A stretch of 64,000 nt of DNA from the human T2T-CHM13v2.0 reference genome, Homo sapiens: assembly GCF_009914755.1 (NCBI RefSeq), contig NC_060931.1; one strand, 5' to 3'. The notes under the pieces were generated by a model. That model was not told where the DNA came from. It was given only the letters and a program-made list of their open reading frames with translations, and did no database searches. The position numbers and the translations under genes are program-made. Shown piece by piece: positions 50,664-63,033 of the stretch (position 1 is its first letter; the number at the start of each line of letters is the position of its first letter).

Positions 50664-50976
50664 CCATCATCCTCAGCAAACTAACACAGGAACAGAAAAC
50701 CAAACAGCACGTTCTCACTCATAAGTGGAAGTTGAACAATAAGAATACATGGACACTGGGGTGGGGGGAAAACAATACACACCGGGGGCTAGTGGGGAGT
50801 TGGGGGTGAGGGGAGGGAGAGCATTAGGACAAACAGCTAATGCATGCAGGGCTTGAAGCCTGGATGATGGGTTGATAAGTGCAGCAATTCACCATGGCAC
50901 ACATATACCTATGTAACAAACCTACACGTTCTGCACTTGTATCCCAGAAATTAAACTAAAATTAAAAAACAAAAAA
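50664..50976 (+). mobile_element. 5'-truncated L1PA8-like 3' end inserted in ORF2 of the older L1
   Basis: gcattaggacaaacagctaatgcatgc; A-tail; imperfect 18-bp TSD gaaacagaaccccttcct / gaaactgaattccttcct; host ORF2 resumes at 50995. Confidence 0.88.
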
Positions 50977-52086
50977 GAAACTGAATTCCTTCCTTACACC
51001 CTATAGAAAAATTTACTCAAGATAGTTTAACGAGTTAAATGCAAAACCTAAAATTATAAAAATTTTAGAAGACAACCTAGGCAATACCATAGGCATGGGC
51101 AAATATTATATAATGAAGATGCCAAAGCAATTGCAACAAAGGAAACATTGACAGATGGGTTCTAATTAAACTAAAGAGCTTCTGCACAGCAAAAGAAACT
51201 ATCAACAGAGTAAACAGACAATATACAGAATGGGAGAAAATTTTTGCGAACTATGCATCTGACAAAGATCTAATTTCCAGCATCTATAAGGGACTTAAAT
51301 TTACAAGAAAAAAACAACCTTATTAAAAAGTGGGCAAAGGACATGAAGAGACACTTTTCAAAAGAAGACATACATGCAGCCAATAAAATTTCACCATCAC
51401 TGATCATTAGGGAAATGCAAATCCAAACCACAGTGAGGTACCATTTTATAGCAATCAAAATGGCTATTACTAAAAAGTCAAAAAATAACAGATGCTGGCA
51501 AAGTTGTGGCGAAAAAGGAACGTTTTTACCCTGTTGGTGGAAGTGTAAATGAGTTCAACCATTGTGGAAGACAGCGTGGTGATTCTTCAAAGATCTAAAG
51601 ACAAAAATACCATTTGACCAAGCAATCTCATTACTGGGTATATACCCAAAGCAATATAAGTCATTCTATTATAAAGACACATGCACACACAAATTCATTG
51701 GAGCCCTATTCATAATAGCAAAGACATCAAATCAATCCACATGTTCATCTGTAATAGACTGGATGAAGAAAATGTAGTACATATACACCATGGAGTACTA
51801 TGTAGCCATAAAAAAGAACAAGATCATATCCTTTGAAGGGACATGAATGGAGCTGGAGACCATTATCCTTAGCAAATAAACACATGAACAGGAAACCCAA
51901 CACCACATGTTCTCACTTATAAGTGGGAGCTAGATGATGGGAGAACACAGACACATAGAAGGGAGCAGCATGCACTGGGGCCTATCAGGAGGTGGAGGGT
52001 GGGAGGAGGAAGAGAAACAGAAAAAATAACTAATGGTTAGTAGGCTTAATGCCTGGGTGATAAAATAATGTGTACAAACAACCTTT

Positions 52087-53622
52087 ATGACACGTTTAAC
52101 ACACACATTTAAGTTACGTGTCAGGTGGCACAGACGTGTCACACGTGTCACTCACATGTTGGTCAAGTGTCTCACATGTCACACGTGTCAGTCACATGTC
52201 ACACGTCAGTCACTTGTTAGTCACGTGTCATACATGCATCACCCATGTATTATTCGCGTGTCTGTCACATGTTGGTAATGCGTGTTACACAAGACTGTCA
52301 TGTGACTCGCATGTGACATGACTGACGTGTGATGTGCGTGACACATGGGTGATACGTGACTGACATATGTGTGAATGACACCTGTGTCACGGGCTTGACA
52401 AGTGACAGACATGTGACTGGTATGTGACTGACGTGTGTGAATCGTGACAGACGTGACAAACACGTGACTGACACGTGATAGATGTGTGTGACATGTGACT
52501 TAGACGTGTGACACATGACTGATACGTGACTGACACCTGTGAGACAAGTGACTGACACATGATCAACACATAAATGATATGTGACACATGACTGACACGT
52601 GACTGAGACCTGTGTGACACGTGACACTTGTGTGACACCTGATAGGCACATGTGTGAAACCTGATTGATGTGAGTGTGACACCTGTGTGACACGTGACTA
52701 AAATGTGTGTGACACCTGACTGACATGACTTACAGGTGTGTGACACCTCTGTGACATGTGACCAATATGTGTGTGACACATGATGGACACGTGTGTGACA
52801 CGTGTTTGACTCGACCAAATTTTTTCACACCTGGCTGACACTGTGTGAAACCTGACGGACATGAATGAGACATGTGTGTGACATATGACTGACACGTGTG
52901 TGACATGTGACCAACACGTGGGTCACAAGTGATTGACGTGGTGGACACGTGTATAAAGTGACATGTGACTGACAGGTTTGTGATGTGACCAACACGTGAC
53001 TGACATGTGTGACATGTGATTGATGTGTGACACGTGGCTGACATGTGTGACACGTGACTGACACATGACTGATGCGTCTTTTAAAAGTAACTGACGTAAT
53101 AGACATATGACTTACACATGTGACACGTGAAAAAACACATGACTGACGCGTTTGCGACATGTGACTGAAACGTGATGGATACATGTGTGACCCCTGGCTG
53201 AAGTGACACACATTTGTGACACGTGACTGATACGTGACATGAGTGTGTGACACTTGTGTGACATGTGACCAACGTGTGTAACACAGGATGGACATGTGTG
53301 ATACACGTGTTTGACTCTTGACCAAATTGTGTCACACCTGACACTTGTGTGAAACCTGACATGAGTGAGACACATGACACATGACTTACAAGTGTGTGCA
53401 CGTGATCAACGTGTAACTGACATGTGTGACATGTGATTGACAAATGTGTGACATGTGTCTGACTTGTGTGACACGTGACCAACGTTACTGACAGATGTTT
53501 GACATGTGACTTGAGATCTGACTGATGTGTGTGACATGTGACTTACACCTGACTGACACGTGTGTGACACATGACTAAGTGTGTGACACTCGACTGACAT
53601 GGGTGTGACACATTAGTGACAA
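52087..53622. repeat. Unclassified 1.5-kb complex self-complementary satellite-like array (GTGTGACAC / GTGACTGACAC / GTGACCAACAC words)
   Basis: Directly visible; ~22 CACGTG by eye plus many CATGTG/CACATG; not a repeat family I recognise. Confidence 0.93.
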
Positions 53623-54780
53623 CCAGTTTTTAAGTTTACATGTGATTGCCATTTTATATACTCACCACTTCTTGCATCTTAGAAAGACCATTAAAGCATA
53701 TATTCTAAGTTTTTATTTAGTTAGTTATTTTTATAGAGACAGGGCCTCTCTATGTTGCCCAGGCTGGTGTCGAACTCCTGATTTTGTTTTTAAATTTAAC
53801 TTTCATTTTAAGAAATTCTATTTTTCCAAAATCTACCTGTTTATTCCTAATAGTACCTTACTGCTTCTTCAGGTTAGTTATTATCTTTTGTTCTATAATC
53901 TGTATCTAACAATTGCAATATCTTTTTCCTTAGGTAGCTAGAACTCTTTTGTATTTCCTGGTTCCTAGTTGACCCTTTCTTATAATGTCTTACCTTCTTG
54001 TGTAATTTTAATTGTGAGCTCATTATTGATCTTAAACTGTGGGGGTCCCATGGATCTAAATTTGGGAAACTTTTCTCTGGAGTGGATATGATTATCCTTC
54101 TGCATGTGGTCATTGGACACTATTCTCTCAGAACAATTCAGCCCATTGGATCTCAGGTGAAAGAATGCCAGGCTCAAACTTTTCTACTTGCACTGGCCAA
54201 GGCTTAGTATCCCGATCACAGTGCTGCTGCAGCTATCTTCTCTAGTGGGGATGCTATAAATCCTGGATGTCCATCACTCAGGCCCACGTTCCCAGTTCCT
54301 TTGTATAATCTATTGGCTAATCTACCAACATGTTTTGGTTTTTATTCTATTGTGTTTTTCATTTCTGTATGCTCTATGTGCTTCTTTTTCAAATCTGTTT
54401 ATTTCCTTTCAAACTTTTCTTTTTAAAGATAAATAAAACATTTTCAATTGTTCCCCTTTCCCTTTCTTTCCCCAGGCCCCTGACATTTATTACGGCAGCT
54501 TTTTAACCAGTCTCCCTATTTATATGTTCAAGGAATGACCAGTGGAAAATAAGATAGGTAAGATAGGTTGTGGTTAGATTAGGGAGGGCTTTAAATGCAG
54601 GTTTTAAGAGGTTGGCCTTTACTCTAGAAGCAAAGAGGAGCTATTGACTCTTGTTGAGCTGAAGAGTCATATAACCAGAGCTATGTTTTTAGGACATTTG
54701 TTCTGGGTAAGATAATTTGGAGAGGGGTAACCGCTTTCTTTCATACATCATGTATAAAGAGTTTTAAACTACTTAAACAT

Positions 54781-55336
54781 CCATATTTCATTGATTCTCA
54801 AATGCATATTTTCCTTACATGTTTGAAATTGGGATGAGCCTTACAATCACTATCACCCTTGCTGCATTCGTGATGTAGTTGTCACGTGCACATGAGTAAA
54901 CTTAATCCAAATATCCTCTGGGACGTTCTGGTAAGATCAAGAAAGCACTAACATCCAGATTTGCAGAATAAGTCTGAACAGCTTGGAAGATAATTCTAGA
55001 GAAAATAGTAAAGCATTCCTTTAGCCTCCTCAATGCTCTTGATGGGACAGAGGATGATACCATGTGGAAAATCACAGAACTCAATGGCTATGAGTCAAAA
55101 AGACTCAAGGAAGTTGGACTTAATGAAAAGGAGTTTTAGAAATATAATAACTTTATTTTGCTTTGTCTATGTCTAAAGTCTAAAATAACTCTTTCATTAA
55201 ATATAGAATAAAAATTCTGTGTGAATAGAAAGCATTGAGTGTTTGTTTCATTGGCAGTCTTTATCTTTTCTTAGTGTTACATAAAGGTAAAATGTGTCTT
55301 ATAATCATGGATGTCCTAGATTCTCTGAAATTTAGT
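54781..55336 (+). mobile_element. TcMar-Tc2 DNA transposon remnant (Kanga/MER104-like)
   Basis: End ccatatttcattgattctc..., opposite end ctagattctctgaaatttag; transposase C-terminal relic TAWKIILEKIVKHSF..NALDGTEDDTMWK. Confidence 0.7.
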
Positions 55337-55345
55337 ACTTGCTAT

Positions 55346-56097
<752 letters not shown>

Positions 56098-56169
56098 CTA
56101 CTCATAGCACCTCTTTCCCCACATATCCATCCTTTACTAAGAGTCAGCACTGCCTGGGCTCTTACTTGC

Positions 56170-56375
56170 TATCCAGCTCCATGTTAAATATCTTAAATCC
56201 AGTAGTTTATTTAATGCTCACAGCAACCTTCTAAGGTGGATACTGTTACCCTCATTTTACATATGAGTGAACTGAGGCTTAGAGAAAGTATGGTAACTTG
56301 CTTAAGGCTGCACAGCTAATAAGGGGAACCAGGATTTAAATTATGATATTTCTGATTTCAGAGTCTAACTTCTAA
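56170..56375 (-). mobile_element. MIR
   Basis: Core cattttacatatgagtgaactgaggcttagagaaagt..taacttgcttaagg. Confidence 0.85.
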
Positions 56376-57060
56376 TGTTAGTCTGGGTCCTCTGAGAAGC
56401 AGAAAGCAAAAAGGAATTAAATGTTCAAGGATTTCAGTAGGGGAAACATCGATATGAGAGCAAATGGTGGGGGGAGCCAGAGAAGGCAGAGACAGCCATT
56501 AGACTGATGTAAATCTGACACCCCTGGTGAAGCGGGAAGGAAGAAATGGTGGGTGGGAGCATCCTAGCCTGCCACACAGTCAAAGAAAGGTTTGGTAAGG
56601 TTAAGTCCTTGAGCCAAACTCTGCATCTCCCCACAATAGTACTGCCTTAGTATCCCTGCTCTGCTCAGTCCCTTGGCTAGAAGCAGCCCACGGGAAGTGT
56701 GGCATTGTGCAAAAACAGTGATGAATTTCAGACCACAGCAGTTGGGGCTCTTGATCAATGATGCTCCTGTAATTTAGTGGTTCTCAACCAGCCGGTTTTT
56801 CCCCCCAGGGGACAGTTGGCAACAGCTGGAGACATTTTTGCTTGGCACAGGTAGGGGAAGGATGGCTCCTGGCATCCAATGAGTAGAGGCCAGGGATACA
56901 ATGAGTATCCCTGGCATCCGATGAGTAGAATTGTATCCTACAATGCACAGGCCAGCTCCCCACATCAAAGAATAATCTTGTCCAAAGTGTCAATAGCGAC
57001 AAGGTTGAGAAACCCTGCCACAGTTGGAGGCTTGCATGGTGTGTTCTCAGGGCCACTGTA
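56376..57060. mobile_element. MLT1-family MaLR LTR interrupted by MER20 (56775-57017)
   Basis: tgttagtctgggtcctctgagaagcaga; MER20 ends agtggttctcaacc and ggttgagaaaccctg. Confidence 0.75.
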
Positions 57061-57089
57061 GTTCTCCACCTCTCTGTCATATTGCCTCT

Positions 57090-57340
57090 ACCAGTAAGCT
57101 TTCCCTGCCTTTCTCCTTTACACTCATTCCAAATTAGATGTCCTTCCTCTCTTGCCTTCATAGCACTCTGCATACCTCCATCATAGCACTTATCAAACTG
57201 CATTATTGCATATTGACTTGTCTGTCTCCCTCTATGGATTGTGAGAACCTTAAAGGCAGGAGCTTTGTCTTACTTTCCTTTGTATCCTTTGCACCCACCA
57301 TAGGTGCTGGCACCTAGTAAATGCTTATTAAATGAATGAA
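57090..57340 (+). mobile_element. L2 3' end
   Basis: gattgtgagaaccttaaaggcagg..gtgctggcacctagtaaatgc..aatgaatgaa. Confidence 0.8.
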
Positions 57341-57561
57341 AGTGAGAGAAGACTCTGAAACAGTTTAGCACGTTTCTACACTAGTGGCTCCGATGACCCT
57401 CTGCTTAATGTCTACCAGTAGGGAAAATTCCCTACTGACGTTTTCACTTGAAAGTCCCATAGTAGCTGAAACTCAGCATGTTCCTTACAAAATGTGTGCT
57501 TCTCTTCAATTCTGTGGAGACTTGCCATGTTCTCTTTATCTGTGAGTGGCCCCATAATTTA

Positions 57562-58194
<633 letters not shown>

Positions 58195-58199
58195 TTACA

Positions 58200-59390
58200 A
58201 ACCTGAGAGTCACACTTTTTTCCGTATTCCCTAATATCTTTAAATCACTAACTTGTAAGCATTTGGTTTTTCCTAATATCTCTTAAACCTTCTTCCTTCG
58301 CTCCATTCCCACTGTCATTGCCTTAACACTGCATCTCATTGCTTCTCTTGTAGATGATTTCAAGAGTCTCCTAGCTCATCACCCTGTTTCTAGTCTCGCC
58401 ACACAACCCCTTCAAACTTATACTCTGCACCGCTGCCAGAGTGATATTCCTAACACATATCTGAGTATATTATCCTCTTGCTCGAAATCCTTCAAGGGGT
58501 CCTTGTGATCTTTAGGATAAAGTCCAAACTTCTTATCACAGCACACATGACTCCCATGACCTGGACCCTGACTGGCTTTCCAACCTTATTTTTCATCACT
58601 TTCTCACACATATCTTTGGCTCTATTTCTCAACTGGGGGCAATTTTGTCCCCTAGGGAACATCTTGCAATGCTGGTGGTATTTTTGGTTGTCACAACTCA
58701 GAGAAGTAAGGTGCTACTGACATTTAGTGAGTAGAATTCAGGTATACTGATGGCAAACATGCTGCAGTACACAGGACAGCCTCCCACAACAAAGAATTAT
58801 CCAGCCCCAAATATCAGCAATAACTGTATTAATACTTTGTATTAATACAGAGTATTAATGCTTTGTATTAATACAGAGTATTAATGCTTTGTATTAATAC
58901 AGAGTATTAATGCTTTGTATTAATACAGAGTATTAATTAATAAACTATTAATTAACAATTAATAAATGATTAATTAATAATTAATAAACAATTAATTAAT
59001 AATTAATTAAATAAAATACTGTAATAATACTTTGGAAGCATGCTGCTTTTACTTGTGTGCGTCCAAAATGTGCTTGGAATGCCTTTCTCCCCCTTTTGCA
59101 TTAGGCTCACTCCCACTTGCCCTTCAAAACAACATTAAATTCTCACCTCTTTTGGGAAGCCTTCCCTGACCTCCCATCATAAATTAGATGTCCCTCCTTT
59201 GTCTCTTATGGCCCTCAGTGCCTGCCCTCCCATAACAATTATTAGATAGCGTTGTAATTATTGTAATTATTTTATTGTCTCTTCCCTGGAGAGCCTGAAT
59301 TCCTTGACAGCAGATATCACAGTTTATTCATCATTGTATCCCCTGTATGTGGCACATGGTACATGTTTCAATAAATGTTTGTTACATGAA
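58200..59390 (+). mobile_element. L2 fragment interrupted by truncated MER20 (~58620-58822) and an AT-rich repeat
   Basis: taggataaagtccaaact, gggaagccttccctgacc, ggcacatggtacatg..caataaatg; MER20 tttctcaactgggggcaattttgtccc. Confidence 0.75.
58823..59034. repeat. Palindromic AT-rich minisatellite: 26-bp unit x~4 followed by (AATT/TAAT) low-complexity tract
   Basis: gtattaatgctttgtattaatacaga repeated; core GTATTAATAC is a perfect palindrome. Confidence 0.92.
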
Positions 59391-59865
59391 TGGCCACAGA
59401 ACCCATACAAATGACTGCTTAGATCCCAAAGAGTAGAAGTTGTTGCTTGTCATCACCTTCACCACTGGTGTGTCTTTAAAATGATGCCTAAAATATTTAT
59501 GGTGTTGCCGGGCTAACACCTGTAATTCCAGCACTTTGAGAGGCCGAGGCAGGCAGATTGCTTGAGGTCAGGAGCTGGGGCAACAGTAGAATAATGAAAA
59601 GCTCACTAATGCAGAAACAGTTAAGGTTCATAGAAACAGTTAACATTAACTTTGGCACTGTGTGTCAAGCGAGGCCTAGGCCTGTTATCTCCTTCCCAAG
59701 AGTCTCTCAAACTCAACTGTAACACTAAGGTAACCAAATGCAAAGAGGTAAATCTCTACATTTTAAAAAGTGTTCTAATGATATTTATTCTACCTGATTG
59801 AATCGCTTTAGGCTGAACCAATGCTAGGAAAAGACTCATTTAGACTGCGATTGGAAAAAATGTTA

Positions 59866-60267
<402 letters not shown>

Positions 60268-61439
60268 GGAGATAACATCGGGAGATTTTATGGAGTCTCT
60301 GGGCAGCAAAGGAAACCTCCCATTTCATTGATCTATTAATTTAACAAGTATTTATTGAGCACCAACTAAACACCAAGCACCTGGGTACTAGACATGCAGC
60401 ACTGGGGAGGAGAGGAGCAGACAAAAATCTCCAATTTAATGGAGATACTGTTGGGTGCACATTTGGTGAACAAAAGTAAACTGCTCTGCATATGTGTGGG
60501 AGTGCCTACTCTGTTCATGTTCAGCTCCCCAAGGAAGATCTGGCAAGTAGAGATACTGGGTTCCTTCCAGATTCTGTAACTTGTGGGGAGCTACGCTAGA
60601 TGGATATATCAAATCACGATGAAACTGCTTTGACGCTTAGGAGCAGTTTGAGTTTTCCCCCAAACACCTTTCAGGACTTAATGGCTGTAAATGGAATCAT
60701 TCTGGTTCTCAGGAACCATAATTAAGCTCCTCTGGTTGCATGTTCAAATCTTGAGGATGCCCCTTGGGCATTTGGAGAGCATTTACCACACTCAGCAGCC
60801 TCTGCAACCGAAGCCAAAGTGGCAGCAGGAGGGTATTCCATAAAAGCAGCTCTCTTCCTAAAGTCTGTTATTAGAATATGTTAACTACGTCCTCTTTGCA
60901 TCTGGTACATGGCAATTCAAGGGTGACAGAGGCAGAATGGAAAAGGGACCCATAAAAATGTTCTGCTATCTGTAAAGTTAATAAGTTGGTCTTTATTCTC
61001 ACTTGTCCCCTGGAAATCAGGTTTTTTCCTGCCTGAGTATTAGATACTTATGGAAGCCACACTATTCTCAGAGTGAGATATTATATGCAAACCACTTACT
61101 ACAGTTACTGGCAAATCATAAGAATTCAACAAATGACAGCTATCATCATCAACATTATCATCCTTATACCAGCACTTCACCATCTTACAGAGAAAAAGGC
61201 ACTATAGAAGAAAGCATTTTGGATTGAGATTTAGAGGTTCAGGTCTGTAATCTGGTTTTGTGAGTAATTAGTCATGGGATCTGTGGGAACTCACTTAATT
61301 TTCAGACTGGGATGACTCATGTGGCATGATAACGAGCTGAGTCTTTGGCAGTATGAGTTAAGGAGGAGGGTGGAAGTGGAAAGAATCATGAGTAGGGCAG
61401 ATTGGGATTAGGAAGTAAATCATCCCATTGCATAGTGTT

Positions 61440-61882
61440 ACTGGATGTTCAGAGCCACTCTTCAGCCTGCCCTGTGCCACTGCAGGCTGATCTATATGGA
61501 TACGTTAATGGGCTCCCTTGCTTCCTGACCCCTGATTATGTTTGGCACCAAATGGAGATCGGCGGGTAGGAGGAGAATGAAGTTGGAGTGTTTATTCCCC
61601 AGGCTCTTTCTTGATGGGCCAAGTATTGGCAGTGGCTGCGTCCCTCTACTGAAGATCACAGCTCTTATAAAGCCACCCTCTTCATACTGTTCCCTCTTCT
61701 TGGCCCTCCAGGCCTAGAGGGGTAATGGCTCCCTGCTGTTACTATCTCTAAGGTACCACCCCATCTCTTGTGGGGTTCCTATCCTCTACCCACACTTTTC
61801 TAAATAGCCTCTTTATGAAATGCTCCCCAGATTACTCAGTTTGAGTGTGCCATCTGTTTCCTGTCCAGACCTTGATGGATAA
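61440..61882 (+). mobile_element. ERVL LTR, LTR33-like
   Basis: ggaggagaatgaagttggagtgtttattccc; 3' end tttgagtgtgccatctgtttcctgtccagacc. Confidence 0.7.
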
Positions 61883-62514
61883 ACCTAGGTGTTTTTAAAC
61901 TATATCCCAAGCCCCTAGCACAGTGCTTGGTACATGGTAGGTACGCAGTAAAGATAGGTTAGATCAATATATTAATGAACTTTGATTAGGATAGTGGAGT
62001 GGTCCAAAGGACATAGGTAACTCAGGTATAAGTCTGAGTATCATTAGTTCTAGGAGGACCAGTCTGGTAGATGGATCCAGCTTTCAGAAGAAAGCTGGAA
62101 AAAATTGAGTAAGTATAGTATTTAGGATCCTAGTCGCAGACTGGGGTTCAAGCAGGGCCCAATTATGTGTATTTAAGGCCAGAAAAAGCAGCAACGCAGA
62201 GTTCAACTTAACCATTGGGGTTTTGAGGGGAAAAGAGTATCCTGACTGGTCAACTTAATGTCTGGGATCTATGGTGAAGGGACGACAGAGTCTAATTCAC
62301 TAGGCTAGCATAGTTTGAGGACTCTAAAGTATTCATTCATGTAAGATATTTATTGAGTTCTTTGTTCTGATTTTGGCACTCATCAAACAATCTTCAGGAC
62401 CTCACTCAGTTTCCATCATCTTCCTTCTTGGGGAAAGAAAGCACAAAGTAGCCAACAGCTCTCTTTTTCAGTATAAAACAATGAGGGGCTGTGAGTGTAG
62501 GTGGTAAGGACATT

Positions 62515-62715
62515 GGCATTAGAATCAGACAGACTTTATTATAAGAATCCCAACTTGACCAGCTTGGGCAAGTCATAACCTTTCAGAGCCTCTGTTTATT
62601 TAAAAACTGAAGGTGGTAATACTACTTTACTCACAGTGTTGCCATGAGTGTTAAATGAGATAATTCATGTAAAGTACTTAGAACGTCTCTTGGCATATAC
62701 TAAATACATAGTAAA
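62515..62715 (+). mobile_element. MIR
   Basis: cttgggcaagtcataacctttcagagcctctgttt..gtgttaaatgagataattcatgtaaagtacttagaac. Confidence 0.8.
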
Positions 62716-62721
62716 TCAATT

Positions 62722-63033
62722 TTAGTTTATTTTTATTTATTTATTTATTTTTGAGACAAGGTCTTGCTCTGCCGTCCAGGCTGGAGCGCAGTGGCGCAAT
62801 CACGGCTCACTGCAGCCTTGACCTCCCGGGCTCAAGCAATCTTCCCACCTCAGCCTTTCAGGTAGCTGAACTACAGGCGTGTGCCACCAGGCTTTGCTAA
62901 TTTTTGTATTTTTGGTAGAGATGCAGTTTCACCATGTTGCTTAGGCTGGTCTCAAACTTCTGGGCTCAAGTGATCTGCCTGCCTCTGCCTCCCAAAGTGC
63001 TAGGATTACAGGTGTGAACTACCATGTCCAGCC
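62722..63033 (-). mobile_element. Alu (AluJ-like)
   Basis: (TTTA)n tail then gagacaaggtcttgctctg...; tagtttat flanks. Confidence 0.9.

Larger units (their letters stand above)
44135..52098 (+). mobile_element. Near full-length older LINE-1 (L1PA11-13-like), degenerate; 3' terminus and poly(A) missing
   Basis: 5' aggatggctgattggaagcagct; 5'UTR with ~270-bp internal repeats; ORF1 remnant ENIFQDIIHENVLNLA; ORF2 ATGACAGGATCAAAT at 47847; 3'UTR ggaggtggagggtgggaggagg..aaaaataactaatgg..; stops at tttatgacacgttta. Confidence 0.9.

Noticed and set aside
52087-53600. Many overlapping His/Cys/Thr/Val/Ser-rich ORFs (e.g. 52825-53325, 166 aa)
   Set aside because: Artefact of the repeat: TGA words fall on one strand, leaving the other stop-poor in all frames. 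The ORF strand flips at the polarity switch. No splice or promoter context.
52087-53622. CRISPR-like repeat/spacer array
   Set aside because: No constant direct repeat with unique spacers, no cas genes, and the DNA is primate.
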